DNA of 64,000 nucleotides from an uncultured Acidobacteriota bacterium (GTDB lineage Bacteria; Acidobacteriota; Vicinamibacteria; Vicinamibacterales; 2-12-FULL-66-21): NCBI GenBank assembly GCA_963787175.1, contig CAWBCA010000016.1, positions 172,113 to 236,112 of the forward strand, read 5' to 3'. Shown piece by piece: positions 57,221 to 64,000 of this stretch (position 1 is its first letter; each line of letters starts with the position of its first letter). The notes under the pieces were generated by a model. It saw only the letters and a program-made list of their open reading frames with translations, ran no database searches and was not told where the DNA came from. The position numbers and the translations under genes were made by a program.

Positions 57221-59476
57221 ATGAACACCGACGCCCGGATCGATCGCCTGAATCAGCTGCTCCCGGTCATCTATCGGATGCGCGATGCCGAGCAGGGCTA
57301 TCCGCTGCAGGCACTGCTTCGCGTCATCGCCGAACAGGTCCACGTCGTCGAGGAGGACATCGCAGGGCTGTACGACAACTGGTTCATCGAAACCTGTGAA
57401 GACTGGGCGGTGCCGTACATCGCCGACCTCATCGGCTATACGCCGGTGCTCGAGGCGGGAACCGGGCGGACAGCCAGCACCAGCGGGTCGCCGGCGCTCG
57501 GCCGCATGTTGGTTCCGCGACGGGAAGTCGCCAATACGATCCGCTACCGCCGCCGGAAGGGCACGATCGCGCTGCTGGAGCTGCTGGCGGCGGACGTCAG
57601 CGGCTGGCCCTCGCGAGCGGTGGAGTTCTTCAAGCGACTGGGCTGGACGCAGCATCTGGATCATCTCCACCTGGCTCGCGCGCGGACTGCCGACCTGCGG
57701 CAGGTCGCGGACCTCGACCTCCTCGACGGACCCTTCGACCGGCTGGCGCACACGGTCAACGTGCGGCGTATCAGCGCCCCGGTGGACGTCGGCCGCTACA
57801 ACATCCCGTCGATCGGCCTGTTCGTCTGGCGCGTCGGCGTCTTTCCGGTGACCGGCGCGCCTGCGCACTGCGCCGAGCAGGCGGGCCCCCACTGCTACAC
57901 GTTCAGTGTCCTCGGGCAGGACACACCCCTCTTCATCCGGGCCGAGCCCGAGCGCGGACCCGCGCAGATCGCGCGGGAGCTCAATCTGCCCGGACCGATT
58001 CGCCGGCTCGCGTTCGAGAGGAACGTCGAGCAGTACTACGGGGCCGACAAGAGCCTCGCGATCTGGACGGACGGCTGGGAGCAGTACGATCCGGCCGCGC
58101 CGGTCCCGCCCCAAGCGATCATCGCGGCGGATCTCTCCGGCTGGAGGTACGTGCCTCCACCCGGGCGAATCGCCGTCGATCCAGTGCTCGGCCGGTTCGC
58201 CTTCCCGCAGACGCACTTCCCGAAGAAGGGGGTGCGGGTGCTGTATCACTACGCCTTCAGCGCTCCGATGGGCGGCGGGGAGTATCCGCGCGTCATTCGC
58301 AATCCCTCGCCGCGGCCGATCCAGGAGCCGGCCGCCGTTGCGGACAGGGCGGCTGAACGCGACGCGTCGCAGCCGGTGTACTACCGCGTCGGACGCGGTC
58401 AGCCGTTCCATCGCCTCGGCGACGCGCTCAGGCAATGGAGCGCCGACCGCCCGTGGGACGCTGTCATCGAGCTCGCCGACAGCGCGGTGTTCGTCGACCC
58501 GCTGAACATCACGCTCGATGAGAACCGCACGCTTCAGATCCGCGCAGCGAATCGTGCCCGTCCCGTCATCCGACTACTCGACTGGCAGACGGACCTGCCG
58601 GATGCGCTGCGGGTCGCGATGGCGGCCGGCAGCCGCTTCACTCTGGACGGCGTGATCGTGACCGGCCGCCCGCTCAACATCACCGGACCGTATCGGGATC
58701 CGAAGCCGCAGGCGACGCCATCGACCTGCGGGTCCGAAGTCGTGATCCGTCACTGCACGCTGGTGCCCGGTTGGGCGCTGCGCGGCGACTGCGAGCCGAT
58801 GCGGCCGGCGGAGCCCAGCCTCGAAGTCGTGAACCTGCGCGCGCGAGTGAGGATCGAACACAGCATCGTGGGGTCGATCGCGATCCATGAAGACGAGGTC
58901 CGGATCGATCCGATCGAGCTGCACATCAGCGACAGTATCGTCGACGCCACGAGCGCGCAGCGGGAAGCGATCGGCGCCCCCGGCTACGCCGTCGCCCACG
59001 CGGTGCTCTCGATCGAGCGCTCAACCGTGTTCGGTATCGTGGACGTGCACGCAATCGCGCTGGCGAGCGACTCGATCTTCACCAGCTGCCTGAACGTGGC
59101 CCGTCGTCAGCTCGGGTGCATGCGCTTCTGTTACGTGCCGCCGCAGTGCCGGACGCCGCGGCGGTACCGCTGCCAGCCGGACCTGGTGGAGATCGCCGTC
59201 CGCGACAGCATCACAGACGCGACGGAACGCGCCGCGATGATTGCGGCGGAGCGCGCGCGCGTCCAGCCGCAGTTCACCAGCGTCAGGTACGGCACCTCCG
59301 GTTACGCACAGCTCGCGCTCACCGGCGCGGACGAGATCCGGCGCGGGGCCGAAGACGAATCGGAGATGGGCGTCTTCCACGATCTGTTCCAGCCGCAGCG
59401 GCACGCCAACCTGCTGGCGCGGCTCCAGGAGTTCACACCGGCCGGCATGCACGTGGGAATCCTGTACGCGACCTGA
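57221..59476 (+). CDS. Baseplate wedge/tail protein I-like
   Basis: LLPVIYR.RD, LYDNWFIETC.DW.VPYIADL.G, VANTI.YRRRKGT, EMGVFH...QPQR...L..RL.EF.P.G. Confidence 0.85.
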   Translation: MNTDARIDRLNQLLPVIYRMRDAEQGYPLQALLRVIAEQVHVVEEDIAGLYDNWFIETCEDWAVPYIADLIGYTPVLEAGTGRTASTSGSPALGRMLVPRREVANTIRYRRRKGTIALLELLAADVSGWPSRAVEFFKRLGWTQHLDHLHLARARTADLRQVADLDLLDGPFDRLAHTVNVRRISAPVDVGRYNIPSIGLFVWRVGVFPVTGAPAHCAEQAGPHCYTFSVLGQDTPLFIRAEPERGPAQIARELNLPGPIRRLAFERNVEQYYGADKSLAIWTDGWEQYDPAAPVPPQAIIAADLSGWRYVPPPGRIAVDPVLGRFAFPQTHFPKKGVRVLYHYAFSAPMGGGEYPRVIRNPSPRPIQEPAAVADRAAERDASQPVYYRVGRGQPFHRLGDALRQWSADRPWDAVIELADSAVFVDPLNITLDENRTLQIRAANRARPVIRLLDWQTDLPDALRVAMAAGSRFTLDGVIVTGRPLNITGPYRDPKPQATPSTCGSEVVIRHCTLVPGWALRGDCEPMRPAEPSLEVVNLRARVRIEHSIVGSIAIHEDEVRIDPIELHISDSIVDATSAQREAIGAPGYAVAHAVLSIERSTVFGIVDVHAIALASDSIFTSCLNVARRQLGCMRFCYVPPQCRTPRRYRCQPDLVEIAVRDSITDATERAAMIAAERARVQPQFTSVRYGTSGYAQLALTGADEIRRGAEDESEMGVFHDLFQPQRHANLLARLQEFTPAGMHVGILYAT

Positions 59477-59529
59477 ACGGATGTGCCACGCCGCCAGACA
59501 ACCGGCATGACGAGAGAGGGACGGCGATC

Positions 59530-60968
59530 ATGAAAGGCGATTTCACCCGCGACACGTTCGACCAGAGGAAGCAGTTCAGCCGCGTGCTGATGCAGCAGGG
59601 GCGCGTCACGCTCGACGCGGACACGAACGAACAGACGGCGATCCTGCTCCACTACCTTCGCGCGCTCGCGCGGGACCTGATCGGTCCATACGGGGCGCCG
59701 GCGGACAATGTCGGGTTCCTCATAGGCGTGGACGATGAGGGGCGCATGCGGATCGGTACCGGCCGCTACTACGTCGACGGCCTCCTGGTCGAGAACCTCG
59801 ACGACGCGTGCTTCTACGACGCACAGCCGGTACCTACAGGCCCCCGCCCGACGATCCTCTGCTGAAGGAGCTCCGTGACTCGAGCGGCAAGGTGTTCTGG
59901 CTGTATCTGGACGTCTGGGAGCGGCACGTCACCGCCGTCGAGGACGGCGCGATCCGGGAGACTGCGCTCGGTGGACCCGACACCTGCACGCGGGCGCAAG
60001 TGGTCTGGCAGGTCAAGGCTCTTGCCTCCGAGGACACCACCATCGGGGAGGACGGCACGCTCGAAGGCGCCACCTGCAACGCCGGTCTCGACGGATTGCT
60101 CCCGATCAGCACCGGGCGGCTCGCGGCACGGCTCGATCCGGGCGTGCGCGACGACAACCCGTGCGTGACGTCTCCGGACTCGAAGTTCCGAGGCGCGGAG
60201 AACCATCTGTATCGCGTCGAGGTTCACGACGGCAGCGAGTCAGGGGAGCCGACGTTCAAGTGGTCGCGCGAGAATGGCAGCGTCGTGGTGGCGTGGCTGT
60301 CCACGTCGGGCCACGACCTGCGCGTCGCGCACGTGCGGGGATTCTCGGCCGGCAGCTGGGTCGAGTTGTCGAACGACGCCATCGATGCCGCTGGCGCACC
60401 CGGCCTCCTCGTCAAGCTGTCGAAGGTGGAAGGGGACATCCTCTCGGTCGATCCGAGCAGCATCCCGTCAGGAGAGTCCGTTGCACACGACCCATCGGCC
60501 GGACACCCGAAGGTGCGACGCTGGGATCAGCGCCGCACCGACCGCTCACCGCTCGTGAACGGGGCCGTGCCGTTGGTCGAGGCGGAGGCCACGCAGCCGA
60601 AATGGCTCTCGCTCGAGAACGGGATCCAGGTGCAGTTCACGGGCGATGGCATTTACCGGACAGGGGACTACTGGCTGATCCCTGCGCGCTGGAGCACGGG
60701 GCAGATCGAATGGCCATCGACGGTCTCGAGCAGCGGGAACGTCGTACCGGAGGCGCGCGGTCCACACGGCGTGGAGCACCACTACGCGCCGCTCGGCTTC
60801 ATCGCCTGGGAGGATCAGGCGCTCCGGCAGGCGTCGTGCAGTTGCCAGTTCGAGCCGTTGAGCAGTTGCGCGAACCAGGGGGATCAGGCCCGGGGAGGCG
60901 GTATGGACGCCGCACCGCGTGTCGGGTCCGGTCGCCGTCCCAGGCGGCGCAAGCGACCGTTGGAATAG
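59530..60968 (+). CDS. DUF6519 domain protein (tail fibre/baseplate attachment-like; indel ~59835)
   Basis: MKGDFTRDTFD, V..QQGRV.LDAD.NEQ, GRYYVDG, YLDVWER.VT, ENHLYRVE.H, FKWSRENGS, YRTGDYWLIPAR, HHYAPL. Confidence 0.85.
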
Positions 60969-61930
60969 GCAGCCGGCGAGCCATGTTGCCGGCGTCGGCC
61001 GTCACCAGCCGAGGGTTGTGCCGTCGTTCTGCTGGTCCCACGCCTTGAGCAGCGCGAAGTAATCGGCCATCGCTGAGGCGTCCATCAACGAGTCCGCCCG
61101 GCGCGAGCCCTGGTCGCGGCTACGAGTTGTCCTCCCAGCAGTTCGTCGCGTGACGAGACGGCCTTCGACCGTTCGCCAGTGTGGCAAGGCCGCGGTGTGC
61201 AGGACCACGACGATCTGCTGGGACGAGGCCTGTGTCCGATCGGGCACGGTCGATCCGTCCATACGCCAGACCGAAAGCCAGCCCACCCAAGGCGATGGCA
61301 AGCAGGGTCGGAACGAATGTGAGGTAGCAGTTGTCTGCCGTCGTGCTGGAAGCCGGGCGGCCGACCGCCTGTCGTGTCGCCGGCCACGGTGAGACGGCGC
61401 TTCGCGCCGGGCGCCCCGACCCCGCTTCCAGAAGTGCTGGCTCCACCGACCCGTAAGTCTGGTGTTGACAAGACGGTTGGCTCGTCACGCGAGCGGCACT
61501 GCTGAGAGACATACCGGAATCATTGGGCTCTTGCTGCCTTCGGACCCCGGCACTACCCGTGCTGTAGCGAGGCCGCGAACGGAACACTGGGGAGCCTGGG
61601 CACCCCATGTGGAGCGGCAGCAAACGAAAATTTCCCCAAAAGCGAGGACACCATGGAGAACGACAGGTCGGTGCTCATTGGCGGCAAGCGTTTTTGGCTT
61701 CGGTGACAGGGGGCCAGAGTCACACGTTCGGTCAGCGTCTCTCGCCACGGGCTGCTCTCCGGGCATGCATGCCGCGGTGCTACGCGGGGTGGAGCCGGGA
61801 TATTGAAGGTCGTGCCCGTCACCAGCAGCGCCCGAGGACGCCGACCGTCGAGAGTAGCGCCGACGCGATTGCCGCGACCCGGGGGGCGGCACGCGACGAG
61901 GCGGGGAAGGACCGCCTCGTCCACCGGCGC

Positions 61931-64000
61931 TCAGAATCTCGTCGTCAGCGCGAACCGAACCGCCCGGGGCGAACCCGGCGTGATGTTCGTGTTGCTGTTG
62001 GCAAAGAGGTAGTAGTGCGCGTCGAACAGGTTCTCGAGGTTGACCTGCGCCCGCAACGTCGACGTGACGTTGTAGTAGGCCGCGATGTCGACTCGGGTCC
62101 AGCCGGGCAGCACGACCGTGTTGTCGGTAGACGTGAACACGCTGCCGCGGTAGATGAGACCGAGCGCGGCCGCGAGGCGCGGGGTGATGTCGTACTTGTT
62201 CCAGAGGGAGAGCGAGTGCGCCGGCAGCTGTCCGAGCGTCGCGCCAGCCTGTGCCGTGGCGGAAATCGAGCGCGTGATCTCTCCGTCCTGCCAGGCGTAT
62301 CCGCCGGCGACGCTCCACGCGCGGGTGATGTTCCCGTTGACGCCCAGCTCGACACCTGTCGTGCGCTGTGCGTCGACCAGGATCGACACGGCCGGGTCGG
62401 TCGGATCGGGCACGATGACGTTGCCGCGATTGAGCCGATAGGCCGCCGCCGTCAACGAGAACGCGGACGCGAGGTCCCACTTGGCCCCGACTTCGTAGTT
62501 GCGGAACTCTTCGGGATCGAGCGCCTGATTGGTCAGCGACAGCGAGGACAACTGCTCGCCGGCACGCGGCAGGTAGGTCATGCTGTAGCTGCCGTACAGC
62601 GACAACAGCCGCAGCGGTTTGTAGATCAGACCCAGGCGCGGCGAGAGCAGGCCGTCGTCGCTCGCGAAGTCGGTCGCCGTGCGGTTGTTGGTGAAGTCGG
62701 TGTTGAAGCTGTCGAAGCGCAGTCCGACGACCGCCTCGACGCGCTCGGAGAGCGCGATCTGATCCTGCGCGTACACCGCGGCGACGGTTGAGATGCCGTG
62801 GTTGTCAGCATCGGTAGCGCTCTGCCGGAACTCGACCGGCATCGAGATCGTCGGCGCATCGAGCGGCGCGCTGACCGACGTCACGTTGGCGCCGGCCGTC
62901 GGGAAGAACCCGGTGTTGCGGAAGTTGTCGGTCTCCTGACGTCCGAGCTCCGCACCGGCCAGCAACGTGTGACCGAACCGGCCCGTCTGCGCCGCGACGA
63001 TCAGGTCGGTCTGATTGAAGAGATTCTGACGCGTCGTCGCATTGTTGTAGGCGGAGATACTCACCGTCGTGGCCGCAGCGTTGACGGCACCCGGGAACAC
63101 GTTCTGGTAGAACTTGTCGTAGTGGCCGTAGCTGATGCGGTTGCGCAGGGTGACTCGGGGGCCGAACCTGTGGTCCAGGACCGACGAGAGCAGGTTGACC
63201 GTGGTGTCGGTCGGGCTCTGGTGGGGGTCGCCGAAGAAAGTGCCTGGATCGGTCGCGACGGGCCGGCCGTTGAACGACGAGATGCCGCGATCGGCAACGC
63301 GCTCGTCGTGAAAGAACTCGTAACTGGCGCGCAGGGTCGTCTGCGCGCCGACGCGGACGGCGGCGGTCGGGTTGACGCCGTATCGCTCGATCCCGACGTT
63401 CTCCCGATACGAATCGGAGTTCTCGTAGAGCCCGGTGGCGCGAACCGCCGTCGTCTCACCGAGGCTGTCCCCCACGTCAGCGGTGAAGCGCTTGTTGTTC
63501 CATGAGCCGAACTGCAGCGATGCTTCGCGTGGCTGGCCCCAATCGGCCTGCCGCGTCACCCGGTTGATGACGCCGCCGATGCCGCCCCGGCCGAAGATCA
63601 TGGCGTTGGGCCCCTTGAGCGCCTCGACCCGATCGACGTTGTAGACGTCCCGGAAGTACTGGACGTCGTCACGAACGCCATCGACGAAGAAGTCCGAGGT
63701 GGTGCTGTTGCCGCGCAGGATTGGCGTGTCGCGGTTGCCCTCACCCTGCGCAAAGCCGACCCCGGGCATGTAGCGCGTGACGTCGGCCATGCTCGACATG
63801 CGCTGGTCGGCGATCAGCGCGCTCGAGACGACGCTGACGGATTGCGGCACGTCGCGCAGCGGGGTGGCCGTCTTGGTGGCGGACGAGACGGCGCCGACGG
63901 TATAGCCGGCCGCCGTGCCGACGTTGACCGATTCCTGGATGCCGGCGACCTGAAGGGTGAAGTCAGCCGCCGCGGCGCCGTCCTGGCTCAGCGTGAGAGG
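61931..64000 (-). CDS. TonB-dependent siderophore-type receptor (partial; starts beyond the right edge)
   Basis: ATKTATPLRDVPQSVSVV, FFVDGVRDD, RVEALKGP.A..FGRG..GGVINRVT, NLENLFD..Y, C-terminal F. Confidence 0.93.
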   Translation of the reverse strand, partial: PLTLSQDGAAAADFTLQVAGIQESVNVGTAAGYTVGAVSSATKTATPLRDVPQSVSVVSSALIADQRMSSMADVTRYMPGVGFAQGEGNRDTPILRGNSTTSDFFVDGVRDDVQYFRDVYNVDRVEALKGPNAMIFGRGGIGGVINRVTRQADWGQPREASLQFGSWNNKRFTADVGDSLGETTAVRATGLYENSDSYRENVGIERYGVNPTAAVRVGAQTTLRASYEFFHDERVADRGISSFNGRPVATDPGTFFGDPHQSPTDTTVNLLSSVLDHRFGPRVTLRNRISYGHYDKFYQNVFPGAVNAAATTVSISAYNNATTRQNLFNQTDLIVAAQTGRFGHTLLAGAELGRQETDNFRNTGFFPTAGANVTSVSAPLDAPTISMPVEFRQSATDADNHGISTVAAVYAQDQIALSERVEAVVGLRFDSFNTDFTNNRTATDFASDDGLLSPRLGLIYKPLRLLSLYGSYSMTYLPRAGEQLSSLSLTNQALDPEEFRNYEVGAKWDLASAFSLTAAAYRLNRGNVIVPDPTDPAVSILVDAQRTTGVELGVNGNITRAWSVAGGYAWQDGEITRSISATAQAGATLGQLPAHSLSLWNKYDITPRLAAALGLIYRGSVFTSTDNTVVLPGWTRVDIAAYYNVTSTLRAQVNLENLFDAHYYLFANSNTNITPGSPRAVRFALTTRF

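Noticed and set aside
61002-61301. 99-aa minus-strand ORF after the eCIS
   Set aside because: No RBS or recognisable motif; it may be a gene remnant but cannot be supported.

Overview
High-GC bacterial chromosomal window. Gene content and order (PEP-CTERM protein, gap-pgk-tpiA-secG-tRNA-Leu, a waaA-lpxK-lpxL-waaF-gmhB-rfaE LPS operon) suggest an Acidobacteriota (Vicinamibacteria-like) genome; this is an inference. Many genes, including essential gap/pgk/tpiA, carry single-base indels, so the sequence looks like an unpolished long-read assembly and frameshifts alone do not indicate pseudogenes. Layout: (1) 1-11.1 kb is an accessory region downstream of tRNA-Leu, with PhoD, a PAS histidine kinase, a PEP-CTERM protein with a (VVPP)n stalk, a tyrosinase-VWA fusion coupled to a DUF1326-like gene, a small divergent membrane protein and a hydrolase. 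(2) 11.1-22.2 kb holds glycolysis and LPS core genes. (3) 22.9-29.9 kb is a ~2300-aa Kelch/MBG/PxKF surface protein with 12+3 tandem repeats, inserted in the LPS operon. (4) 30-36 kb holds waaC-like and methyltransferase genes, tRNA-Val, tRNA-Asp with a duplicated 3' end, SulP and a decayed CMD gene. (5) 36.3-61 kb is an apparently complete extracellular contractile injection system (eCIS) locus with an upstream LuxR/pseudo-receiver pair. Its cargo slot encodes a DUF4157 + annexin-repeat + unknown C-terminal domain protein followed by an overlapping lipoprotein, a candidate new effector/immunity pair. (6) A partial TonB-dependent receptor ends the window. The best candidates for undescribed biology are the annexin-bearing eCIS cargo/lipoprotein pair and the tyrosinase-VWA/DUF1326/small-membrane-protein module. 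All family assignments come from motif recognition by eye, not database searches.
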